Source: Candidatus Hydrothermarchaeum profundi (GTDB lineage: Archaea > Hydrothermarchaeota > Hydrothermarchaeia > Hydrothermarchaeales > Hydrothermarchaeaceae). From it: a stretch of DNA of 64,000 nt. Below, piece by piece: positions 18,649-27,890 of the stretch (the stretch's first letter is position 1; each line of letters begins with the position of its first letter). The notes beneath the pieces were generated by a model, which saw only the letters and a program-made list of their open reading frames with translations, had not been told where the DNA came from and did not search any database. A program made the translations under genes and the position numbers. The stretch is taken from NCBI GenBank assembly GCA_002011125.2, contig MTMF02000009.1:808989-872988 (forward strand), read 5' to 3'.

Positions 18649-19856
18649 TTTCTGCGCCTCAATGCCTCTATTCCGGGAAGCTTTTCCCCGGCCAGAAAAG
18701 ATAAGGTAGCTTTTCCTCCCGTGCTAATGTAGGATATATCATTAATTAGCTTTAATTTCTTTGCTACTGCAGAGAGGTGGCCTCCTCCTAAGACTGAGAA
18801 ACAACGAGACTTCGCAACAGCCTTAACAAGCTCTTCTGTACCTAGAGCAAAGTCGCTTACTTCGAACATACCGCTTGGGCCATTCAATACAGCTATCTTA
18901 GCTTTTTTTATTATAGTTGAATATCTAGCAATAGTCTCAATACCTATATCCATTATTTTAAGGTCTGGAAGCTTATCCATTGGAGCCTCAAACCTCGCTC
19001 CATTTTTTAATAAAGCAAGGTCGACAGGTATCTCTATTTTCTCTCCATACTTTTCTAAAAGTTTTCTAGCTTCATCTACCAGCTCTAATAGACCCTTTTC
19101 CTCCAATATTTTCTTATTTTTACTGCCTATAGTGTATCCCTTTGCTGCTAAGAAAACCGTAGCCACCAGCCCTGCGGTTAATATCTTCTCTACTTTCCCG
19201 TTGTCAAGTAATCTTTCCATCACCTTCAAAGAATCTTTTACCTTTGCTCCCCCAAAGATAAAGACCGGATTTTCACGGTTGTTTAAAATTCTTGAGAGGG
19301 TTTTAACTTCTTTTTCCATGAGCTTTCCAGCGCAGCTAGGAAGGACATATGGGAAAGCAACAATGCTTGGCTGATTGCGGTGGGATACTGCAAAGGCATC
19401 ATTGATATAGAAATCAACATATGAGGAAAGTTTTCTAACCATTAATGTCTTACTTTGCTCCTTAGGGCTTTTTTTTATCACTGTGTCGCTTACTTCTTCA
19501 GAACATAGTCGAACATTCTCGAGCATCAGGACTTCGCCATTTTCTAGTTCAGAGATCGCTTTTCTAGCAGCTGACCCGAAGATATCATCTACGTATCTAA
19601 CTTTTAGTCTACTTATCTCCTGCAGTCTCCTAGCATGAGCCTCAAGAGTAGTAAAATCCTCTAGTCCGGGTCTACTTTGATGTGCAATTAGAATTGTTTT
19701 TCCAATACTCAGGCTTTTTATAGTAGGAATATGACTTCGGATCCTAGTATCGTCCAGTATCTCACTCGTTTTCGGATCGATTGGCGAATTTATATCTACC
19801 CTCACCAGTATTTTTTTATCCTCAAGATCTTGTTCATCAATAGTAGCGAACTCCAA
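18645..19856 (-). CDS. pgk: Phosphoglycerate kinase (archaeal type)
   Basis: VRVDINSP, AHQSRPG, LENVR, NDAFAVSHR, GGGH, STGG. Confidence 0.96.
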   Translation of the reverse strand: MEFATIDEQDLEDKKILVRVDINSPIDPKTSEILDDTRIRSHIPTIKSLSIGKTILIAHQSRPGLEDFTTLEAHARRLQEISRLKVRYVDDIFGSAARKAISELENGEVLMLENVRLCSEEVSDTVIKKSPKEQSKTLMVRKLSSYVDFYINDAFAVSHRNQPSIVAFPYVLPSCAGKLMEKEVKTLSRILNNRENPVFIFGGAKVKDSLKVMERLLDNGKVEKILTAGLVATVFLAAKGYTIGSKNKKILEEKGLLELVDEARKLLEKYGEKIEIPVDLALLKNGARFEAPMDKLPDLKIMDIGIETIARYSTIIKKAKIAVLNGPSGMFEVSDFALGTEELVKAVAKSRCFSVLGGGHLSAVAKKLKLINDISYISTGGKATLSFLAGEKLPGIEALRRRK

Positions 19857-19958
19857 GGTTTTCCACCGGAATCGTTTATTTTTTTCCTCTATATTATATT
19901 TTCCTAATAGAGAAGCGAATAATTTAATATATTTTAAGGTTTAATAATAGGGATAGAA

Positions 19959-22900
19959 ATGAATTACGACTTTTTAAGAAAAAAAGGTAAAAACGTCTAC
20001 ACTAATGGTGGAGAAGAAAAGATTGGCGGCCTTCTAGGCAAGCTCATGAAGAGGAGGATGAGGGAAGAAGACACTTTAAGCTCCATAGATATGGAGCTGG
20101 AAACCGAGATAGAGGGCGAGGTCATCGAGAGAGGAAAGGGATATAGTATTGTAAAAAAAGAAGGAGAAAAGACACTTTATTATATAGTCTACTTGCCTGA
20201 AATGGATGAGGAACGTAGAAGAGCTTTGAAAGAGATAGAGAGGCGAGCTATTAGCGAGATAGACATAGAGCCCGAGAGTATAGAGGATCCTTTGGAGAGG
20301 AAAGAGATTTTTACTAGGGAGGTGCGGTCTCTTATCGAAAAAGAATTCTCAGAGTTGCCTGAACATGAAAAAAAGGTCTATGCTAGGCTAATAGTCCAGG
20401 ACATGGTTGGCTACGGCTTGCTAGAGCCCCTGCTTGAAGACGACAATCTAGAAGAGGTGATGATTGTTGGCACGAAGAAGAGGGTTTATGTTTATCACAG
20501 GAAGCACGGTATGTGCAAGACGAACATTATATTCCAAGAAGATAGAGAAATAACCAGTATTATAGAGAGGATAGCTAGATCTGTAGGCAGAAGAATAGAT
20601 TTGAGTGCACCCTTATTAGATGCTAGGCTTCCTGATGGTAGCAGGGTCAACGCAACAATACCTCCTGTTTCTCTCACAGGCCCTTCTCTAACTATCAGAA
20701 AATTTAAAGCAGACCCCTTTACTGTTATTGATATAATGAATTTTAGAACAATGACACCTGAGCTGGCCGCCTTTCTTTGGTTGGTTGTAGAGGGATTTGG
20801 AGTGAAGCCGGCGAATATTTTGGTGTCAGGCGGTACTGGATCAGGAAAAACTACGACTCTGAATTGTTTAGGTTCTTTTATACCTCCTACGGATCGTGTT
20901 ATAAGCATAGAAGATACGGCTGAACTCCAGCTTCCCGTTGCGCATTGGGTAAGGTTGGAGACGAGGCCACCTAATATAGAGGGGAGAGGCGAAGTCAGCA
21001 TGGATATGCTCCTTAAGAATACTTTGAGGATGAGGCCTGATAGGATTATAGTTGGCGAGGTAAGGGGTAGTGAAGCATTAACACTTCTTGCGGCTATGAA
21101 TACAGGCCAGAGCGGGTGTCTAGGTACTCTCCACGCTAATACTGCGAGAGAAACTATTACTCGACTTACGAGTGCTCCTATGAATGTCCCCCTTGTGATG
21201 ATACCTTCTCTAAACTTAATTCTCATGCAAAATAGGTTTACTTACAAGGGAAAGGTAGTTAGGAGAATAACGGAAATCGCAGAAATTTCCGGTATTGAAA
21301 GAGATAGAGTTCAGCTAAACATAATATATGAGTGGGACCCTGTAGATGATACAGTGAAGCCGACAGGTTCTCCAAGCATAATGTTAAGAAAGATTGCTGA
21401 GCTGAGAGGCATTGAAGTAAGCGATGTGATTGAGGAAATAAAGAGAAGAGAAAAAGTATTAAGATATCTAATGAAGGAAGGCATAAGAAGCATTACTGAT
21501 GTTGGAAAATTAGTAAATGAGTATTATATTTCACCAGAGAGACTAATGGCTAAAGTAGAGGGGAGGGAAACAAAAGATAAAGCAAAGCGTAAGAGTAATA
21601 AAGGCTATGAGTTCCTAAGAGAAGTTCTTGAGGAAGAGGAAGAAATTAAGGAAATTGTAGAAGAGGGGGAAACCTATAGGATTGTTAGAGAGGAGGGAGA
21701 AAAAAATCCGAAATATATTGTGCCACTGCCTCACCTTACTTCAAGAGATAGGAGGATACTGGCCGAGATTGAAAAGAAAGCGATTAACGAGATAAAGGAA
21801 GATCCTTCTAATCTCGATAAAGAAGAAGCTCGAGTACTTTTCAGGAATAAGGTACTAGAGGTAATGAAAAGAGAATATCCGGGTATAGGTTCTTCTCGAA
21901 GGAAGGAACTTGCTGAACTTATTGTACAGAACATGGTTGGCTACGGCTTGCTGGAACCACTACTGGAGGAGGATGCTTTGGAGGAGATAATGGTTATTTC
22001 TCCAAACAGACCGGTTTATGTAAACCATAGAAAATATGGAACATGTAAGACTAATGTTTCCTTTAGCAATGATGAAGAAATAATGAGAATAATTGAGAAG
22101 ATAGCTAGCTCTGTGGGTAGAAGAATAGATAAAGCGACTCCCCTCCTGGACGCTAGGCTTCCTGATGGTAGCAGGGTCAACGCAACAATACCTCCAATAT
22201 CCATTATGGGGCCGACATTGACTATAAGAAAATTCAGGAAAAACCCACTAACAGTAGTTGACTTAGTGAAATTTAGAACTATAACATTAGAAGTTGCCAC
22301 TTACCTATGGATTATTGTAGAAGGCCTTGGAATAAAACCTGGAAATATACTTGTTGTTGGTGGGAGTGGTTGCGGTAAAACAACAACTCTAAATGTTCTT
22401 TGCTCATTTGTTCCAGATACAGATCGTGTTATAACCATAGAAGATACAGCCGAGCTTAACTTGCCGATTGAGCATTGTATAAAGCTTGAGACTAGACCAC
22501 CAAATGTAGAGGGGCAGGGTGAGGTTACTATGGATGATCTGGTCAAGAATACTTTGAGGATGAGGCCTGATAGGATTATAGTTGGAGAGGTAAGGGGGCC
22601 AGAAGCTAGAACTCTGTTTACTGCAATGAACACAGGCCATGATGGCTGTATGGGCACTCTTCACGCTAACTCTGCAGAAGAGACGATAATTAGGCTAACT
22701 AATCCCCCAATGAGTGTACCAGAGATTATGCTTCCTGCCCTCGATTTAATCTTGATGCAGAGCAAGATTTACCAAGAAGGCAAAACAATTAGAAGGATTA
22801 CAGAGGTCGCCGAGGTGTCGGGTGGAGAAGAGGGGAAAATATCCTTAAATAATGTGTTTAAATGGGATCCGAAAGCAGACTCTTTAAAAGCTACGGGATT

Positions 22901-23117
22901 GCCTAGCATTATAAAGCAAAGGCTTGCGAAGCTTAAGGGAATAAGTCTAGACGAATTAGAAAAAGAAGTTGAAAATAGAAAGAAAGTTTTGACGTGGATA
23001 GTGGAGAATAATATCAGAGAGGACTCAAAGATATATAACAAATATTACTCTGATCCAGAAGGTTTACTAAAAGAAATAGCAATAAAAGCCACAGCAGATG
23101 GAGGAGAGAATGCCTGA
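19959..23117 (+). CDS. Type IV pilus/Tad secretion ATPase with two tandem VirB11/CpaF modules
   Basis: Two full motif sets: Walker A GGTGSGKTT / GGSGCGKTT, Asp box IEDTAEL twice, Walker B RMRPDRIIVGEVRG twice, His box TGQSGCLGTLH / TGHDGCMGTLH. Confidence 0.93.
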   Translation: MNYDFLRKKGKNVYTNGGEEKIGGLLGKLMKRRMREEDTLSSIDMELETEIEGEVIERGKGYSIVKKEGEKTLYYIVYLPEMDEERRRALKEIERRAISEIDIEPESIEDPLERKEIFTREVRSLIEKEFSELPEHEKKVYARLIVQDMVGYGLLEPLLEDDNLEEVMIVGTKKRVYVYHRKHGMCKTNIIFQEDREITSIIERIARSVGRRIDLSAPLLDARLPDGSRVNATIPPVSLTGPSLTIRKFKADPFTVIDIMNFRTMTPELAAFLWLVVEGFGVKPANILVSGGTGSGKTTTLNCLGSFIPPTDRVISIEDTAELQLPVAHWVRLETRPPNIEGRGEVSMDMLLKNTLRMRPDRIIVGEVRGSEALTLLAAMNTGQSGCLGTLHANTARETITRLTSAPMNVPLVMIPSLNLILMQNRFTYKGKVVRRITEIAEISGIERDRVQLNIIYEWDPVDDTVKPTGSPSIMLRKIAELRGIEVSDVIEEIKRREKVLRYLMKEGIRSITDVGKLVNEYYISPERLMAKVEGRETKDKAKRKSNKGYEFLREVLEEEEEIKEIVEEGETYRIVREEGEKNPKYIVPLPHLTSRDRRILAEIEKKAINEIKEDPSNLDKEEARVLFRNKVLEVMKREYPGIGSSRRKELAELIVQNMVGYGLLEPLLEEDALEEIMVISPNRPVYVNHRKYGTCKTNVSFSNDEEIMRIIEKIASSVGRRIDKATPLLDARLPDGSRVNATIPPISIMGPTLTIRKFRKNPLTVVDLVKFRTITLEVATYLWIIVEGLGIKPGNILVVGGSGCGKTTTLNVLCSFVPDTDRVITIEDTAELNLPIEHCIKLETRPPNVEGQGEVTMDDLVKNTLRMRPDRIIVGEVRGPEARTLFTAMNTGHDGCMGTLHANSAEETIIRLTNPPMSVPEIMLPALDLILMQSKIYQEGKTIRRITEVAEVSGGEEGKISLNNVFKWDPKADSLKATGLPSIIKQRLAKLKGISLDELEKEVENRKKVLTWIVENNIREDSKIYNKYYSDPEGLLKEIAIKATADGGENA
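20401..22585 (+). repeat. Direct-repeat blocks of the internal ATPase duplication, offset 1530 bp
   Basis: Identical blocks 20401-20422=21931-21952 (22 nt), 20622-20665=22152-22195 (44 nt), 21015-21055=22545-22585 (41 nt). Confidence 0.9.
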
Positions 23118-24243
23118 AAATATATTACTAAAGATAATTGACAGGCTTGGCGAGAAAACCTTGACCGAAGCTGAAAGAGCATATAGAAGAGCAGCCGAGC
23201 TTTCTTTAGTCTTTAGGGAGCAAGATGAGGCTGCTAAAACACTATTAGAGAAAAGAAAAAAAGAGGAGGAAGAAAGGAAAAAAGCACTCGAGGATAGATT
23301 GTCAAAGATAAAAGATGCCGTGATTTTTGAAACGGAGGAAGAGGAACCTGAACTTCTGATTGAAAGAGAAGAACTTAAGGTTCCATTTTCAGCAAGGCTG
23401 GTGAACGTGATATCCGATATATTCTCCAAGTACTCAAAAGCACCAGCGTCCTTCTTTAAAGACATTCAAGAAGACCTATATAAGGCAAACATAATTATGC
23501 CGGCATCCAAATACATAGCTTTCTCTTTTGGAATAAGTATCATAGTAGGAATTGGTAGCGCTGTTTTATTCTCAATTTTATTAGGTAGTATAATAGGGAA
23601 TATCTCCGGCTGGCTGTTAGGACTCGTGCTTGGGTTTCCAACTTTTTTGTTCGTTCTTATGTTCTGCAAAATATATCCTCGTTCAAAGGTAAAATCGAGA
23701 TCGGATGCATTTAGCAGAGAATTACCCTTTGCTCTACGACATATGGCAACTCAACTGACATCGGGTTCTGGACTGCTGGAAACAATGCGCTCTGTTTCCC
23801 AAAGTGATTATGGAGTATTAAGCGAGGAATTCAGAAGGGCTATAATGGAAATAGAGAGAGGAGCCACGGTAGAAGAGGCCTATGAGAGAATGAATCTGCG
23901 TATTGACTCACCAGGGCTGAAAAAAGCTTCAAGGCAGATAATTTCTACTCTTAGAACCGGAGGAAACCTTGCGAATACGCTTAAGATCATAGCAGAGGAA
24001 GTGGCGACTGAGATGAGAATGAAACTTAAGGACTTTATTCAGATGCTTAACACTTTTTCGATGATGTATATGTTTATTGTAGTTGTTGCCCCGGTATTGA
24101 TTACAACTCTGATTATCGCAATGGGCATCGCGATGGGTGGGTTACCTATGCCTCCTCAAATGATGTGGCTACTATATATTGTATTTTTTGGCATCTCCCT
24201 CTACATGTCATTTATGGTTAAAAGATTCGAGCCTAAGGTGTAA
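23098..24243 (+). CDS. TadB/TadC-like (T2SSF) pilus platform protein with charged N-terminal extension
   Basis: ELPFALRHMATQLTSGSGL, YGVLSEEF, TGGNLA; TM segments. Confidence 0.9.
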   Translation: MEERMPENILLKIIDRLGEKTLTEAERAYRRAAELSLVFREQDEAAKTLLEKRKKEEEERKKALEDRLSKIKDAVIFETEEEEPELLIEREELKVPFSARLVNVISDIFSKYSKAPASFFKDIQEDLYKANIIMPASKYIAFSFGISIIVGIGSAVLFSILLGSIIGNISGWLLGLVLGFPTFLFVLMFCKIYPRSKVKSRSDAFSRELPFALRHMATQLTSGSGLLETMRSVSQSDYGVLSEEFRRAIMEIERGATVEEAYERMNLRIDSPGLKKASRQIISTLRTGGNLANTLKIIAEEVATEMRMKLKDFIQMLNTFSMMYMFIVVVAPVLITTLIIAMGIAMGGLPMPPQMMWLLYIVFFGISLYMSFMVKRFEPKV

Positions 24244-24248
24244 AAAAT

Positions 24249-25190
24249 ATGGCTAAAAAGCTTTCAAACATGCTGAAGAAGATAAGGGTTCCGAAGTTCC
24301 TAGTGCCTGCAAGGTTTGTTAGACGTATGGATATACTCTTACTTAACGCTAAGATATCTTTCTCAGCTCGGGAGTGGATGGGGATATTCGCATTAACATC
24401 TTTTATATTATTCGTTCTAGGGTCATTGCTAGCGTCTCTTTTAGTTGGTGTCATTCTCTTCGGTGTGGGTATGGGGCTTATGATAATCATCCCCAGACTA
24501 CAAGCTGATAAAAGGAAGGGGCAAATAGAAGAATCATTACCAGACGCTCTACATCATATGTCTGTTGCAATAAGGACAGGATTAGTGCTTGAGAGCGTGA
24601 TACAAGAAATATCTGAGGCCGAGTATGGAGCGTTATCTGATGAGTTCTCTCAGATAGTACTGGAGATGCGTAGAGGAAGGCCCTTAAAGGATGCTCTTCT
24701 AGCATTTTCAAAGAGGACGGGTTCTAAAGAAGTTGAGAGGGCGGTTAGGCTTTTATTGGAAGGAGTGGAGTCCGGGGGTCCAATTTCTGAGGTGTTGGAT
24801 GAGGTATCAGAGGATATGAGAGCAGTTAGGATGGTTCAAAGGGAAAGGAAAACAGCAACTTCGCAGCAAGTGTCATTCCTTGCTATGGCATCGCTTATGG
24901 CGGGTCCCTTCGTGATGGGGGTCGTAGCTTCTCTACCGGATATTATGGTTCAATCGACTGCAGGAATAGGAGTTGGATTGAGTCTCCCTATAGATGAGGT
25001 AAATACTGTGGTTAATGCACTATCATTTTATGTGGTGGCGCAGGCTTGCAGTGCTGCAATAATGATGGGTGTAGTTATGTATGGCGACTTTAAGAAGGGC
25101 TTTAAGTTCATGATACCGATGGGGGCAGCAGCGTTTATTGTTTATAACCTTATAAAATTCATAATGCCTGGCATGGTTGCAGCATTTTAA
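24249..25190 (+). CDS. TadC-like (T2SSF) pilus platform protein
   Basis: LPDALHHMSVAIRTG, YGALSDEF, SGGPISEVL. Confidence 0.9.
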   Translation: MAKKLSNMLKKIRVPKFLVPARFVRRMDILLLNAKISFSAREWMGIFALTSFILFVLGSLLASLLVGVILFGVGMGLMIIIPRLQADKRKGQIEESLPDALHHMSVAIRTGLVLESVIQEISEAEYGALSDEFSQIVLEMRRGRPLKDALLAFSKRTGSKEVERAVRLLLEGVESGGPISEVLDEVSEDMRAVRMVQRERKTATSQQVSFLAMASLMAGPFVMGVVASLPDIMVQSTAGIGVGLSLPIDEVNTVVNALSFYVVAQACSAAIMMGVVMYGDFKKGFKFMIPMGAAAFIVYNLIKFIMPGMVAAF

Positions 25191-25218
25191 GGACCAAAAC
25201 AAATATGTCTATCTTTTA

Positions 25219-25234
25219 TTAACAATTTTGTTAA
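25219..25234. promoter_or_regulatory. Palindrome TTAACAA-TT-TTGTTAA upstream of the pilin promoter
   Basis: 7-bp inverted arms immediately 5' of a TTTTTATTA TATA-like box at about 25242. Confidence 0.4.
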
Positions 25235-25304
25235 CAACACCTTTTTATTATAGTTACATCCTAATATATTAAGTCCTCAAAATAAGGGGAAAGGAGGCTG
25301 ATAA

Positions 25305-25511
25305 ATGTTTAGAAAATTTTTAAGAGAGGAGAAAGCTCAAGGAGCCATTGAATACATTCTGCTTGCCGGTGGTATCATTGTGGCTGCGGTAGTTATATTC
25401 GCTATATACTCAAGCATGACGAAAAGCGCAGCTACTAAATTAAATCAGTCTGTTGGAGCCAAAGCTGAAGAAATGGCTAATATAATTAATCAACAGAATT
25501 TAACTGGGTAA
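25305..25511 (+). CDS. Class III signal peptide pilin (DUF361 type)
   Basis: KA|QGAIEY gives +1 Gln and +5 Glu, followed by a hydrophobic helix; GGAGG RBS; sequons NQS and NLT. Confidence 0.9.
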   Translation: MFRKFLREEKAQGAIEYILLAGGIIVAAVVIFAIYSSMTKSAATKLNQSVGAKAEEMANIINQQNLTG

Positions 25512-25515
25512 TTAA

Positions 25516-26982
25516 TTACCCAGTTTTCCATTTTATTTTAAGCAGAGTTGCAGTTGCGTTGTTTTGCATAGATATTTTAATGATTTCTAATTCGCTACAA
25601 TTTATAAAAGGAAACATTCTTTCTCCTGTGCTATTCACGATTAGTAAGTAGTTTATGTTATTGTTTAACATTATTTTTTTAGCATTTGTGAAGTTGCTTT
25701 CCTTCATAAGTTTATTAAACAAATCTTTGTTTTGAGTCCATTTTTTTGTATCAGTCAAATCGCTAAGAAAAGTGCTTGCGTTTGAGTAATAAGCTATCGC
25801 ATGGCCTATGTTGGGGTTATTAGTTAGAATTAGATCCTTATCTGTTAATTCAGCGCCTAAAAGGACTTCTTGAACCACAGAGACGTATTTATCAACCTTT
25901 TCTCCATGCATCTCATACGTCATGAGGAGATTTAAAGAGATTAAAGATAAAAAAATAAAGAGGGATAGAGGCATCCCATAACTTATACCTTGTTTGGTTT
26001 TTAATTTATAGATAGAGTATAATGACGTGGCGATCAAAATACAAATCATAAAAACGAAAAGTACAAATAAATTAGCTTTGAAAAAAATCAGACTCAGAGA
26101 AAGAGACGAAAATAGAGCTAGTTGAGTGTTTTTTTTGAAGAAAATGTAAATGCCGTGGAGTATTAATGGAAAATTTGTTAGGTTGAATACGGAGAAATAA
26201 AATAGTAGCACGGAAAAAGCCCACCAAATGTCTACTGATGGGACTTCTCTAAGGGGGGAGATTAGCGGTTTATATTCGGAAGTATATCCGAGGGAAAAGT
26301 TGAGGTAGGGTATAAACCGGGAGTAATATAACGCTGCTATAATAATCGGAATAATTAGGGTTATGAGTATATTCTTTAAATATTTCTTGTCTTTTACACT
26401 TAGAGAGGATACTATGATAAAAACTAAAACTATTATCACAGAGCTATGAGCAAGAAAGTATATAATTTCTATAATCGACGCTACGATTCCCCATTTTATA
26501 TTATCTTTCAGCTTATACAGGGAGTATACAAGGGCAATTGCTAATAGTATCGATAATCCTATCGGTCGAGCCCAAAGTCCTGCTCGTAGTAGAATTACTG
26601 GAGTAACCGAAAATATGGTAGCCGAAATAATGCCAATGTGTCTATTTAGCGTACGACCTAGGCAATACACGAATAAGAGTGCTATAATACCAAATAAGAC
26701 GTTTAATAGACTTCCTATTGTAATATAATCAAACGTAGGGAAAATAAACTTCCCTATCGCAATCCATATGTGGTAAGCAGGAGGATAATAATATGGGATA
26801 CCCCCCAGCTCCTGAGTATCCCATTCGGGAATATTGTAATCCTCATATATACCCTTAGCTATTCTTGCGTGATAAAAGGCATCATAGTCTAAGAGGATAG
26901 GAGAAAAATTTGAGAGCCATATCCTCATAAAAAGAGATATTAAAATTATAAGTAGGAGTGCGAAGCAATTGATTCGCTTCAT
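25516..26982 (-). CDS. STT3/AglB-like GT-C membrane glycosyltransferase
   Basis: LLDYDAFYHARIA (DxD-like), WD..GG..YYYPP, about 12 TM segments, small soluble C-terminal domain; noticeably AT-rich. Confidence 0.7.
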   Translation of the reverse strand: MKRINCFALLLIILISLFMRIWLSNFSPILLDYDAFYHARIAKGIYEDYNIPEWDTQELGGIPYYYPPAYHIWIAIGKFIFPTFDYITIGSLLNVLFGIIALLFVYCLGRTLNRHIGIISATIFSVTPVILLRAGLWARPIGLSILLAIALVYSLYKLKDNIKWGIVASIIEIIYFLAHSSVIIVLVFIIVSSLSVKDKKYLKNILITLIIPIIIAALYYSRFIPYLNFSLGYTSEYKPLISPLREVPSVDIWWAFSVLLFYFSVFNLTNFPLILHGIYIFFKKNTQLALFSSLSLSLIFFKANLFVLFVFMICILIATSLYSIYKLKTKQGISYGMPLSLFIFLSLISLNLLMTYEMHGEKVDKYVSVVQEVLLGAELTDKDLILTNNPNIGHAIAYYSNASTFLSDLTDTKKWTQNKDLFNKLMKESNFTNAKKIMLNNNINYLLIVNSTGERMFPFINCSELEIIKISMQNNATATLLKIKWKTG

Positions 26983-27087
26983 ACTACTTTATTTTTAAAA
27001 AGATTATATAAAATGGTCTATACTTCTTTTACAAAAAATATTTTTTCTTATCTTAACCGCATTTATAAAAGCTTTTCATATTTTCAT

Positions 27088-27792
27088 TTATGCCAGTATC
27101 CTTTCTCTGACTTCTCTGTAAAATTCGAGCACATTACCTAGATCCTTCCTGAACCTATCTTTATCTAGTATCTCTTTTGTTGTAGCATCCCAAAATCGGC
27201 ATGTATCTGGGGAGATTTCATCTGCTAGAAGGAGATTTCCTTCTTTATCCTTCCCGAATTCCAGTTTGAAGTCTACTAGTATTATCCCCTTGTCTTTAAG
27301 AAATTCTGTTAGTATATCATTAACTTTTAGAGTTATCTCTCTCATTTTATCTAACTCTTCTTTTTTTTCTACGGCGCCAAGGGCAATTGCTATCTCGTCG
27401 TTAACCATAGGGTCATGGTACTTGTCATCTTTATATCCAAACTCCACTATCGGTGGCGAGAGTTCTTGCCCTTCTTTAAAAGGATACCTCCTTATCAGAC
27501 TGCCAGTAGCAATGTTTCGACAGATTACTTCTAAGGGTATTATCCTAACTTTCTTTACAAGATGTTTATTTGGAGGTTGAAATTCGATGAAGTGAGTATC
27601 AATACCTTTTTCTTTTAGGATTTCAAAAAACTTAGCTGAGATCTCTGCGTTTAGGGCTCCTTTACCTGCTTTTGTATCTTTCTTTGCCCCATCCCCAGCA
27701 GTTAGGTCATCTCTAAATTCTATCAAATATGTATCCTCGTCTCTCTCATAAACACTTTTTGCTTTCCCCTTGTATAAGAGCTTCATGTTCAA
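27088..27792 (-). CDS. purC: SAICAR synthetase
   Basis: LYKGKAK, IPLEVICRN, VDFKLEFG, ADEISPDTCRFWD, DKDRFR. Confidence 0.97.
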   Translation of the reverse strand: MNMKLLYKGKAKSVYERDEDTYLIEFRDDLTAGDGAKKDTKAGKGALNAEISAKFFEILKEKGIDTHFIEFQPPNKHLVKKVRIIPLEVICRNIATGSLIRRYPFKEGQELSPPIVEFGYKDDKYHDPMVNDEIAIALGAVEKKEELDKMREITLKVNDILTEFLKDKGIILVDFKLEFGKDKEGNLLLADEISPDTCRFWDATTKEILDKDRFRKDLGNVLEFYREVRERILA

Positions 27793-27845
27793 TGGTTTAT
27801 TGGAATCTAATAAATATTTTTCTAGTTTAATACAATAATTTTTTA

Positions 27846-27873
27846 TTAGGTTATCCTAATTAGGTAAACCTAA
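27846..27873. promoter_or_regulatory. Tandem DtxR/MntR-family operator: TTAGGTTATCCTAA + TTAGGTAAACCTAA
   Basis: Two abutting TTAGG-N4-CCTAA palindromes overlapping the TATA-like box of an iron-uptake operon that encodes two DtxR proteins. Confidence 0.8.
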
Positions 27874-27890
27874 TAATGAGGTGATGATAA

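Noticed and set aside
20495-23465. Long antisense ORFs (for example 243 aa at 20495-21226) and similar shadow ORFs across the window
   Set aside because: They mirror well-supported genes on the opposite strand and show the Ser/Ile/Phe-rich composition typical of antisense frames.
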